64,000 bases of DNA from Promethearchaeota archaeon. GTDB lineage: Archaea; Asgardarchaeota; Lokiarchaeia; Sigyniarchaeales; SOKP01. Positions 50,717-59,636 of the stretch are shown here, in pieces. The position numbers were made by a program, and so were the translations under genes. Location: contig JAEOSU010000070.1 in assembly GCA_016840165.1 (NCBI GenBank), positions 14,051 through 78,050 on the forward strand, read 5' to 3'. The notes below the pieces were generated by a model. It saw nothing but the letters and a program-made list of their open reading frames with translations. It ran no database searches and was not told the origin of the DNA. The first letter of the stretch is position 1. Every line of letters begins with the position of its first letter.

Positions 50717-50929
50717 TTAATCCATTTTTTCCAATTGGAAATTTACCTGAATCCGAACACGATATATCAATTTATCTTGATCTTCCTTGACTTTTACATC
50801 ACTTTCAATAATTTGTATGTTGCGAATTCCTCGTAAAGTTTTCTTTGCTTCATCATAACCCGCTTTGACAGCATCTGCCCAGTTCTTATCACTGGTAGCT
50901 ACTAGTTGAATACTTTTATAGACTGGCAT
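50717..50929 (-). CDS. Dodecin-family protein
   Basis: VYKSIQLVATSDKNWADA..KTLRGI..YRVRIQVNF. Confidence 0.9.
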   Translation of the reverse strand: MPVYKSIQLVATSDKNWADAVKAGYDEAKKTLRGIRNIQIIESDVKVKEDQDKLIYRVRIQVNFQLEKMD

Positions 50930-51169
50930 TTTTAATACACCTTTTCATTTAATTATTATTCATTGATTTCTTGTGTAAGTCATATTTTTATTGTTTGATA
51001 TTTAAATATTTCGCTAATTATAATTAGAAACCTACCAGTTTTTGAATGAAAACGTAAATCTGATTCATTGAAATAAATATTGGTTAATTTTGGAATAAAA
51101 AATGACTAAATTAATTTATAGTCTAAACTTAACTATCATATTTTAAACATATCAATTTCATTTTGAATT

Positions 51170-51790
51170 ATGAATGATATGCAGGATAAAATAGAGCAAG
51201 CTCTTGAACTTAAGAGGGAGGAGAAATTTGAAGGGTCTCTACAGATTTTGAATGAACTCCTTTCGAATGAACCTACCTCGACAGCAGTAAAAAATGCACT
51301 AATTGAAGTACTCTTGGAATATGGTGCCTACTTAAATGATGATTGGGTGGAGGATTTTCAGGGAGCTGCTGATTGTTTTACTAGAATCATTGAATTAGAT
51401 GCAAAAAATTATAGAGCATGGTATAATTTAGGAATCTCCTATTTCCGTTTAAAGCAAACAAAAAAATCCTTAGAGGCATATGAACAAGCTCTCAAGATAA
51501 GGCCAGATTATGAATATATATATTATAATATCGGATTACTTTATGAGATCCTAAAAGGTGATTTTGAGAGTGCTATTAAGTATTATGAAGAGGCATTAAG
51601 ATTAAATGAGAAATTTACTTATGCCATCCAGGCTCTTCGAGATGTCCGAAAGAAATTCGAACACATGAAATTACATAAAGAAAAAAACACATCTTCTCAA
51701 TTTGAATCACAGATTATTTGTAAGAATTGTGGGAATATTAATAGAACCACTGCAAAATATTGCGATAAATGCGGCAACCCAATTAAATAA
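51170..51790 (+). CDS. TPR protein with C-terminal zinc ribbon
   Basis: AWYNLG/YYNIG TPR repeats; CKNCG..YCDKCG. Confidence 0.85.
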   Translation: MNDMQDKIEQALELKREEKFEGSLQILNELLSNEPTSTAVKNALIEVLLEYGAYLNDDWVEDFQGAADCFTRIIELDAKNYRAWYNLGISYFRLKQTKKSLEAYEQALKIRPDYEYIYYNIGLLYEILKGDFESAIKYYEEALRLNEKFTYAIQALRDVRKKFEHMKLHKEKNTSSQFESQIICKNCGNINRTTAKYCDKCGNPIK

Positions 51791-51830
51791 AAGATTAATA
51801 ATAAAAAAAAGATTTTTAAAAAGAGAAAGA

Positions 51831-53141
51831 TTATGCGTCAGGATTCTCAAGTAGAATTGCTACGCCTTGGCCTCCACCGCAACAAGCATTTGCAATTCCA
51901 TATTTAGCTTTCTTTGCTTTTAGAATACGTGCTAAAGTGCCTGGTAATCGAACCATGGTAGAACCTAAGGGATGACCTATTGCTGTTGAACCCCCCATAA
52001 TATTAACTTTTTCTTCAGGAATGTTGAAATAGTGCATACATCCAAGGGTAACTATACAAAAAGCTTCATTAATCTCCCAGAAATCGATTTGGTCAGCTGT
52101 CATACCAGCATGTTTCAAAGCCATTTCAGTCGCCGGAATTGGTCCCCAGCCCATAATGGTCGGATCCACTCCTGCCCAACCTATACTCACAACTTTAGCC
52201 ATTGGTTCAATACCCCGTCTTTTAGCCTCCTCTGCTTCCATTAAGATCGCTGCGGTTGCACCGGCATTTAAAGGACTGGAATTACCTGCTGTGATAACAC
52301 CATCTTTTGTCCCTTCCCTCTCAAGGTATCCTTGTTTACCTCCAATATCTTCACCTTTCCAATTCTTTTTAAGATAAAAAGGTTTTGAGAGTCTGCGTAA
52401 ACCGGCTACTTGTTCTAAAACAGATTTTCGAGCAGCCATATCTTTTGTAATCATCATCTTTTCGTCAGGATTGCCTTCTGCATGACCTTCAATCGGAATA
52501 ATCTCACCATCAAACCAACCCTTTTCTTGATTTTCAACTGTTAGGTTATGACTTCTAGTTCCAAATTTATCAAGGTCTTCTTTAGTAAATACCGGTGTAA
52601 GAAATTCATACAATTTCTGGGCTGTTTGTAGCATATTAGTGGTTGTAAGTAAATCGTATTCTGGTCTATACCATTTACTGCTCTTATTAATCATCAGTAA
52701 ATTTGGTTTAATATGGGGGTTGCTTTTAAGATCCATACCTACGCGAGTCATATGCTCAAAACCGGTGGCTAATGTACATTTACTGTAACCAGTCATGATC
52801 TCCATAGCACCCACATGAAAACCACTTCCAGCTGAGCCACATTGGCGATCGACAAATAAACCAGGGACAGTTACAGGAAAGCTAGCCATAAAAAGAGGCA
52901 TTCGACCACCATAGGTCCAATTTTCACCTACACCCATTGCAGCACCAACAGTATATTCATCAATATCTTTTTTTTCAATTCCCTTATCTGCTAATTTATC
53001 TTCAAAAAATTTCATAAGTAATTGTGCCATTAATTCATCCGCTCGTTGATCCCCAAACACATCTCGTTCAGGAGTTCCGGGTCGTGAACGGGAGAATGCA
53101 GTACGTGCATAATCAATGAGCCATACATCTTTAGTTTCCAT
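51831..53141 (-). CDS. Acetyl-CoA acetyltransferase (thiolase)
   Basis: RQCGS, EINEAF, GHPLG, CCGGGQG. Confidence 0.95.
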   Translation of the reverse strand: METKDVWLIDYARTAFSRSRPGTPERDVFGDQRADELMAQLLMKFFEDKLADKGIEKKDIDEYTVGAAMGVGENWTYGGRMPLFMASFPVTVPGLFVDRQCGSAGSGFHVGAMEIMTGYSKCTLATGFEHMTRVGMDLKSNPHIKPNLLMINKSSKWYRPEYDLLTTTNMLQTAQKLYEFLTPVFTKEDLDKFGTRSHNLTVENQEKGWFDGEIIPIEGHAEGNPDEKMMITKDMAARKSVLEQVAGLRRLSKPFYLKKNWKGEDIGGKQGYLEREGTKDGVITAGNSSPLNAGATAAILMEAEEAKRRGIEPMAKVVSIGWAGVDPTIMGWGPIPATEMALKHAGMTADQIDFWEINEAFCIVTLGCMHYFNIPEEKVNIMGGSTAIGHPLGSTMVRLPGTLARILKAKKAKYGIANACCGGGQGVAILLENPDA

Positions 53142-53376
53142 TCTTTATTTTCCCTCAATATTTTGATTTAATTTTTAATTAAATTCAAATTAATTTTATT
53201 TAGGTTAAGGAATCGTAAAAATATATTAAACTTTTTGACAGAATAGAGTCTGAAGATAGACAATTTAATTAGTCTTTTTGAAAATTTATCACTTACTTTT
53301 TAAGTATTTTTAGAATTATTTTTATTTTTGAAAATTTTAGTTAAAATATGACTAATTCGATGGAGAAAAAAATAAT

Positions 53377-53772
53377 ATGGCACTAATTTCTATTATTGCG
53401 GGAAGTACTTCTGATAAGGAAGTCTTTGAAAAAGCGGAAAAGGTATTAAAAGAAAATAATATAGACTATGATTTGCAAATTTTATCCGCTCACCGTGATC
53501 CTGAAAAACTTGATAAATATATAGAATCTTGTGATTCGCTTGTTTATATTGCTGTTGCGGGGTTATCTGCCGCATTACCGGGAGTTATTGCTTCAAAAAC
53601 TGATAAGCCAGTAATTGGAGTACCTGTTAGTGCTAAATTAGGAGGTTTAGATGCATTATTATCCATTGTACAAATGCCTCCTCGTGTACCAGTGGCGTGT
53701 GTCGGAATAGACAGAGGTGATAATGCTGCCTATTTAGCTATTAAAATTATTAATCTCTTAAAGAAGAAATAG
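53377..53772 (+). CDS. purE: AIR carboxylase / N5-CAIR mutase
   Basis: [26 protein letters not shown]. Confidence 0.95.
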   Translation: MALISIIAGSTSDKEVFEKAEKVLKENNIDYDLQILSAHRDPEKLDKYIESCDSLVYIAVAGLSAALPGVIASKTDKPVIGVPVSAKLGGLDALLSIVQMPPRVPVACVGIDRGDNAAYLAIKIINLLKKK

Positions 53773-53781
53773 GATGAAATT

Positions 53782-54492
53782 ATGAATGATAACTTAATTG
53801 AACAAGGAAAAAAGAATGCTGCACTAAAAGCAGTTGATGAAAATATTAAAAAAGATCTAATTATTGGAATAGGAAGCGGATCCACTATAGTGTATGCGGT
53901 CAATAGAATCGGAGAAATAAATCAGGAAAATGATCTCAATCTTATATGTATTCCATCTTCATTTCAAGCTCGTCAATTAATCTTAGAGAATAATTTAAAA
54001 ATAGCTTCATTGGATGAGTACCCTGAAATTGACATTGATCTTGATGGTGCTGACGAAATTGATCAAAACCTCAATCTTATCAAGGGTGGTGGTGGTTGTT
54101 TGGTCCAAGAGAAGATACTAGCATCGAATTCAAAGAAGTTAATCATTATCGTGGATTATCGAAAAAATTCGAAAAAATTGGGTCAACAATGGAAAAAGGG
54201 AGTTCCTATTGAAGTTATTCCAATGTCATATGTTCCACTTTTAAGAAAATTTTCTAAAATGGGTGGAAAACCCACTTTACGGATGGCTCAAGCGAAAGCA
54301 GGACCACTTGTTAGCGACAATAATAATTTCATCATTGATGTTGACTTTGGGATTATTAAAAATCCACAAGAACTTAATATAAAATTATTGAGTCTTCCAG
54401 GTGTTGTAGACACCGGTTTGTTTTTAGATATGACCAATAAGGCATATATAGGACAACAGAATGGACAAGTACTAGTTCTAAATAAAAAATAA
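53782..54492 (+). CDS. rpiA: Ribose-5-phosphate isomerase A
   Basis: GIGSGST, DGADE, KGGGG, QEKI, PGVVDTGLF. Confidence 0.95.
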   Translation: MNDNLIEQGKKNAALKAVDENIKKDLIIGIGSGSTIVYAVNRIGEINQENDLNLICIPSSFQARQLILENNLKIASLDEYPEIDIDLDGADEIDQNLNLIKGGGGCLVQEKILASNSKKLIIIVDYRKNSKKLGQQWKKGVPIEVIPMSYVPLLRKFSKMGGKPTLRMAQAKAGPLVSDNNNFIIDVDFGIIKNPQELNIKLLSLPGVVDTGLFLDMTNKAYIGQQNGQVLVLNKK

Positions 54493-54513
54493 AAAGAGAA
54501 ATAAAAAAAATTA

Positions 54514-57500
54514 TTAGGTTTCAAAATAAAGCGATCTTCCACAATTTGGACAGAAACTCTTTGGAGTACCAATATCATATCCACAATAAGGACAATAAAA
54601 TCCGGATCTATACCCTTGAGAGTCAGCGGGTGTAGAATCATAAGACGCGTTCTCTATAGGGATTGTGTGGTAATCTTGTGAATAGTAATCCGATGGTTCC
54701 TGAGGTGCTTGTGATCTTCTTGATTTAAGTAGATATACAATCAATATTATTGAACCTGTAGCTACTATCAAACCTATTATAAGTATTATTAGAAGAAGTT
54801 CGAAGGGTATTGAAGCCCTTATTGACAAAGCAATCCAAAATTCTTGAGAACCTCCCTCACTATCAATTAGCGTTATTATCAATATTGCCAGGTAGCCCTC
54901 ACCTGTTGCGGTATTATAGTTAGTAGCAGAAGTGATTTCTTTTGTCCCGATAATTGAACCATACGCAATTGTGAAGGGTACGATGAATGTTCCTTGATGA
55001 GTATCAGTTAAAGGTTCATAACTCAATTCTTTAAGAGGGAATAATTGGGGATATACTATGTTAAGAAATCCATCATCCGTCGCAGAAGCTATAAATAAAT
55101 TAACTGAAACCCTCATAGAGGAGCCATCGACATCTTCATAGTCCACATCACTAGATGTAACCGTAAAATCTAAATTATCACCTTGAGAAACTGGAATAAT
55201 TAAAGTAGATTCCCCCTCATATGTATCATCAAAAGCATATGTATCTTGTCCTGCGATGGTAATATATGAACTGGATTCAATGAATGAAGGATCATTATTT
55301 CTCACCTCAAACGCATAACGTGGGGAGTATGGGTTGGTATAATTTGATATTCCATCCTTCGGAAAGACATAATATATTGCAATCCCTGCAGGATCAGAAA
55401 TAGAAGGATCGTAGTTATATCGATATAGTGTAGCAGAATAACTCAATGGAAATGTTTTATTTATAGTTTGTTTAGTATTATAGAAAGAATAGGAATAGAT
55501 AGACATGTAAGCATTTACACTATATGAGGAACTATCTAAATCAACTCGAAGTTGAGTAAAATCTCCTGATTCTCTAGTTACAGGACTCTTTGATACTGCT
55601 AAAGAATTTATTATAGGTATAGATGTAGGATTGAAGTATAATAGCTTAGAAGTTTTTTGATAAGTCTTAGAACCGAAAGTGAAATTAACTATGATATCAT
55701 AGGGTTTATAATCGGTACTTGAAAGAGAATAAGTGGAATTGTAGGCGATACCGTTTTCAAGAGAAATTGTTTCTATGGATTCTGAAAATCCAGAATTACT
55801 AATGGTTATACTCAGATTAGTATTTAACACACTCGAAGCAATAGGAGTTCCTAAAGAAAGATCTTTTACATATACACTTATGTTAAATTGAGAATTTGAA
55901 GTCCTTTCTGAATTTAAAACCACTTGGATGGAAACATCATCATTAGAGAAAAAATAATCCATTAGATTTCGAGCTAAATTACTATGATCAAGTTGATAAC
56001 TTGATGAACTATATAATTCACTTATCCAATGTAGATCACCAAATGCCACTAATTTCCCTCCAGATGTTGTTTCATTATATGTTGCAGCTACGGTTTTATC
56101 GTTAAGTGTAGCAATCGATTCTGAACCTGAGCCAACATTAAAGGTATTTCCATAATACCATTCAAATTTCTCCACACCATCAAATATTAATGGTGAATTT
56201 AGTTCAATAACACTCTGGGAATTGATACTAGCTCCTACTCCAAACCAATTCTCTGAATATTCATTTTCTTGATTGATTGTAATATCAGAACCTAAAACTG
56301 AAAATAATTCATTAATGTTATCAAGGCATAAATCTTGATATCGTGTCCCCAAAAATAAGATATTCCCACCATTATCGAAATAATCCTTAATATTGTTCAT
56401 CTCATCAGTAGTATATGGTAATATAGGATTTTGTAATAAAATTAAATCATACTGTGCTAAGCGTTCCTCGGTTAGAAGGGAGTTATTATAATTCGCATCA
56501 TAATAAGGAGTCCAATATTCGGCACTATAATCGAAAGAGATATTTAAATTAGTCATATCCTTCATGAAATCATAGAAGTCCATCTGATAAAATGAAGTCT
56601 CTGGAATCCAATCATTTAGGCCATGAAAAGACTCCATTAAAACCTTATATTCAGGAAACTTAATATCTATCGTTATGTTGATTGAATCATACTCAACTAT
56701 GCCATCAGTAAGATTTAACTCAAAATTTCGTACTCCAGGTCGAGCATCCTGTTCAATTTCTATATCTAAGGTTACAAATTTTACATTCTCTTCAGAAAAG
56801 GTAAGAGCAGTATTGTCTAGTTTTAATTTTAATCCGTCAACCTTATCTGGTATATTTATATTGTAGCTATTCGCTCTTCCTGAAATAACTGTGATATTAA
56901 AGGATTGCTTATCACCAGGGAAATGGAGTAAATCAAAGGGTTGGGGTGGAATAACATCTGGAAAGAATCGTGCTGTATCGTTTATATCTGAAGATAAAGA
57001 TTCCATAAATTCTAATGATGCTGACACATTAATTAAGCCAGCCCCAAACTTTAAAGTATCATCATCTTCATAATTAGATAATGGTTGGGCTCCGTCTAAT
57101 AAAGCTATTCGTGCTGTTTCAGGAGTAATAGAAGGATATGCTTCTTTCAGAATCGCTAATGCTCCTGCGACTACGGGACATGACATACTAGTTCCGCTTA
57201 AAGGAATATAATCTCCATCACCACTGAAGTCAAAATAATCTCCAATATATCGCTTGCGATCAGAAAGAGCGGAATTAGGTGCTTCTGCAGCAATTATATT
57301 AACACCAGGTGCAACAACATCTGGATATCCTAAATATGTCAAAGTTGGGCCCCAACTTGTAAAAGATGCAAGATTATTATTAATATCTGTAGCTCCCACT
57401 GAGATTACATCATTACCAGAAGCAGGGCTTCCTCCTGTAAAATAATCTGGACCTTCATTTCCAGCAGAAGAGACCAATATAACTCCATAATTATTTGCCA

Positions 57501-58482
57501 CACTTGAGATTGCCAAAGTCATCGGATCATTAAATTCTGGCAAGCCTCCCCCAAAGCTCATGGAAATTATGTCTGCTCCCGCAGTTAATACAGCCCATTC
57601 AATCGCATCGATGATATCAGTATCATTTAAACCTTCGAAATTGCCAGCCCTTGCATTAATTAATGAAACTCCAGGTGCGATACCCCTATATTTACCACCA
57701 GAAGAGATACCGCTTCCTCCAATGATACCAGCCGCATGGGTACCGTGACCATAGTCATCATTTGAATCTAATAAATCTCCGGTAACAAAACTTTGATTTG
57801 CGATTATATTTAAATCAGGGTGATCGTATATACCAGTATCTACCACAGCAACTTTGACTCCAGTGCCATCAAAAGCTAGATCTTCAGCACCTATTGCAGA
57901 AATCCACCAATTGGAAAAATAATTGTAATCAAGGCTACTTGTAGTCGGAGACTCTTCTGTGTATTCAGGATTCTCATAAAACTGAGACTTATATATTTTA
58001 GTTAATCCCTCAACATCTCTTAGAGCTTCTTGCTTTGAAATTAACTCTGCAGAATTACAAATTAAGGAAACACCAGAGATAATATCATAATTGTGTATGA
58101 GTTCATAGTCCTCTAAGAGATTATCAATTTTAGTAATTCGATCTGATTTAGAAACCTCCTCTTTGAATAGCATAATCACTTTAACTTTTTCTGCTTCCGA
58201 TTTGTATTTCAATGAATAGTTTAAAAGAAATTCGGTAAGAGGTGAGTCAAAAATATTGTCTTGACTGATATTGTCAAGGCTAGATTCTGCGATTGAATTA
58301 TCTTCTCTTAATGAAGAAATGAGAGTCAAATCGTCGTTATTCAGATTTATAGCTGAATCAAAGCTCTTAGTATCACGTAAACCATAACTATATACTATAA
58401 ATGGAAGATTAACTAAGTTGAATAGAACAAAAGTTAAGACTAATACTTTTTTGAATATTTTGAAATGTTTCATGGTTATCAA
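54514..58482 (-). CDS. Membrane-anchored S8 subtilase with Site-1-protease-like accessory domains and cytoplasmic zinc ribbon
   Basis: Signal/anchor segment; triad VVDTG, HGTHAAG, GTSMSCP; GATase/GIFT-like domain; C-terminal TM; CPYC..CPNC. Confidence 0.85.
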   Translation of the reverse strand: MITMKHFKIFKKVLVLTFVLFNLVNLPFIVYSYGLRDTKSFDSAINLNNDDLTLISSLREDNSIAESSLDNISQDNIFDSPLTEFLLNYSLKYKSEAEKVKVIMLFKEEVSKSDRITKIDNLLEDYELIHNYDIISGVSLICNSAELISKQEALRDVEGLTKIYKSQFYENPEYTEESPTTSSLDYNYFSNWWISAIGAEDLAFDGTGVKVAVVDTGIYDHPDLNIIANQSFVTGDLLDSNDDYGHGTHAAGIIGGSGISSGGKYRGIAPGVSLINARAGNFEGLNDTDIIDAIEWAVLTAGADIISMSFGGGLPEFNDPMTLAISSVANNYGVILVSSAGNEGPDYFTGGSPASGNDVISVGATDINNNLASFTSWGPTLTYLGYPDVVAPGVNIIAAEAPNSALSDRKRYIGDYFDFSGDGDYIPLSGTSMSCPVVAGALAILKEAYPSITPETARIALLDGAQPLSNYEDDDTLKFGAGLINVSASLEFMESLSSDINDTARFFPDVIPPQPFDLLHFPGDKQSFNITVISGRANSYNINIPDKVDGLKLKLDNTALTFSEENVKFVTLDIEIEQDARPGVRNFELNLTDGIVEYDSINITIDIKFPEYKVLMESFHGLNDWIPETSFYQMDFYDFMKDMTNLNISFDYSAEYWTPYYDANYNNSLLTEERLAQYDLILLQNPILPYTTDEMNNIKDYFDNGGNILFLGTRYQDLCLDNINELFSVLGSDITINQENEYSENWFGVGASINSQSVIELNSPLIFDGVEKFEWYYGNTFNVGSGSESIATLNDKTVAATYNETTSGGKLVAFGDLHWISELYSSSSYQLDHSNLARNLMDYFFSNDDVSIQVVLNSERTSNSQFNISVYVKDLSLGTPIASSVLNTNLSITISNSGFSESIETISLENGIAYNSTYSLSSTDYKPYDIIVNFTFGSKTYQKTSKLLYFNPTSIPIINSLAVSKSPVTRESGDFTQLRVDLDSSSYSVNAYMSIYSYSFYNTKQTINKTFPLSYSATLYRYNYDPSISDPAGIAIYYVFPKDGISNYTNPYSPRYAFEVRNNDPSFIESSSYITIAGQDTYAFDDTYEGESTLIIPVSQGDNLDFTVTSSDVDYEDVDGSSMRVSVNLFIASATDDGFLNIVYPQLFPLKELSYEPLTDTHQGTFIVPFTIAYGSIIGTKEITSATNYNTATGEGYLAILIITLIDSEGGSQEFWIALSIRASIPFELLLIILIIGLIVATGSIILIVYLLKSRRSQAPQEPSDYYSQDYHTIPIENASYDSTPADSQGYRSGFYCPYCGYDIGTPKSFCPNCGRSLYFET

Positions 58483-58619
58483 AAACCAATAGAACTATTT
58501 ATTTTTAATTTTAATAATCCAAAAACCATAATTTTTTTTAAAAATTAATTATTATTAAATTTACAGCTAACTTTCTTTACGTGTGCCAAAATGCTGATAT
58601 AAAGCAAAAACATGATAAC

Positions 58620-58719
58620 GGGGCTGTGGATTAGTCGAAGATCGTTCGCTTGGCATGCGAAAGTTAGGGCACTTTTACCTAACCGTAAAAGGCCGGGGGT
58701 TCAATTCCCCCCAGCTCCA
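58620..58719 (+). tRNA. tRNA-Ala(GGC) with a 28-nt intron (58662-58689) at position 43/44
   Basis: Acceptor GGGGCTG/CAGCTCC with G3:U70; anticodon arm TTCGC-TTGGCAT-GCGAA; T arm GGGGG-TTCAATT-CCCCC; discriminator A; no encoded CCA. Confidence 0.9.
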
Positions 58720-58901
58720 CTCTATCTTTTTGTTAATTCATCAAAAAGAGTATTTTTAAGGTCTTTAGCGCTTAAAATTTTAGAAAATCCTCTAATTTTA
58801 ATAAAAGCAATTAATTATATACAAAACCATAGAATAAAAAAAAGTAACTCTCCTAAATCAAGTAAAATTGGTTGTTTTTAAACTCTTTAAGATTTAATTA
58901 A

Positions 58902-59525
58902 TTGCATTTCACGATTAATAAAGATTTAAGCCTCGACTTAATTTTTATTCTTATGAAGAGAAATAGGCAATTTCTGAAAATAATAATTGTCATTTTTCTC
59001 TCAGTTCTTTATGTGCTTGCGATTATCTTCTCATGGAACTATTATCCTTCATTGAAGTTATGGAGATCGATAGATTGGGTACTATTAAATGGGTTTTTGG
59101 AGATTAGCCTCTTTAGAATAATTCATTTGATCATCGGGCTACCGATTTTCATCTATAGTTTTATAAATGTTATTGAAATCGTAATTATTAATCAAAAGGC
59201 TCAATTAAGAAAAAATTTCCCTAGCTATCTTTTAAAAGAGGGTTTTTATAGTAAAATAAGGCATCCTATGTATACTATGATAATATTGATTCAATTCAGT
59301 TTGTTCTTTTCTTTATGTTCTTTATTAGGAATATTTTTTGGATTATTATTTACATTATTATTCATGTTATTCGGGTTATACGAAGAGAAATATCAACTTT
59401 TGCCAATACTGGGTAAGGAATATAAAGAATATTCAAAAAAAGTAAAAGTAAGATTTTTTCCTTTCCCTCTAAAGATACTTTTACTTCTTTTATATTTATT
59501 AATATTTCTCGGTATTTTTTTGTAA
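58902..59525 (+). CDS. Isoprenylcysteine carboxyl methyltransferase/PEMT-family membrane protein
   Basis: GFYSKIRHPMY, EE..L..LGKEYKEY..KV.RFFP. Confidence 0.8.
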   Translation: MHFTINKDLSLDLIFILMKRNRQFLKIIIVIFLSVLYVLAIIFSWNYYPSLKLWRSIDWVLLNGFLEISLFRIIHLIIGLPIFIYSFINVIEIVIINQKAQLRKNFPSYLLKEGFYSKIRHPMYTMIILIQFSLFFSLCSLLGIFFGLLFTLLFMLFGLYEEKYQLLPILGKEYKEYSKKVKVRFFPFPLKILLLLLYLLIFLGIFL

Positions 59526-59636
59526 AAGGAAATTAGTATTTTGGTTGCAATTTCATATGATTATTCAAAAAAAAACATATTAAAAGCTTTTTTTAAGTCC
59601 CAAGTGCTATTTAATATTAAATATAGATTAAGGTAA

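Noticed and set aside
1609-57748. Numerous short antisense or overlapping ORFs in the track (e.g. 9668, 17384, 28775, 33037, 45459, 47807, 54288)
   Set aside because: They lie within or across well-supported genes and show no motifs.
58620-58719. tmRNA, or tRNA-Sec/long variable arm interpretation
   Set aside because: A complete Ala anticodon arm is present and the insert is only 28 nt with a BHB-like fold, so an intron is the simpler reading.
58612-58881. 89-aa ORF
   Set aside because: It overlaps the tRNA-Ala gene.
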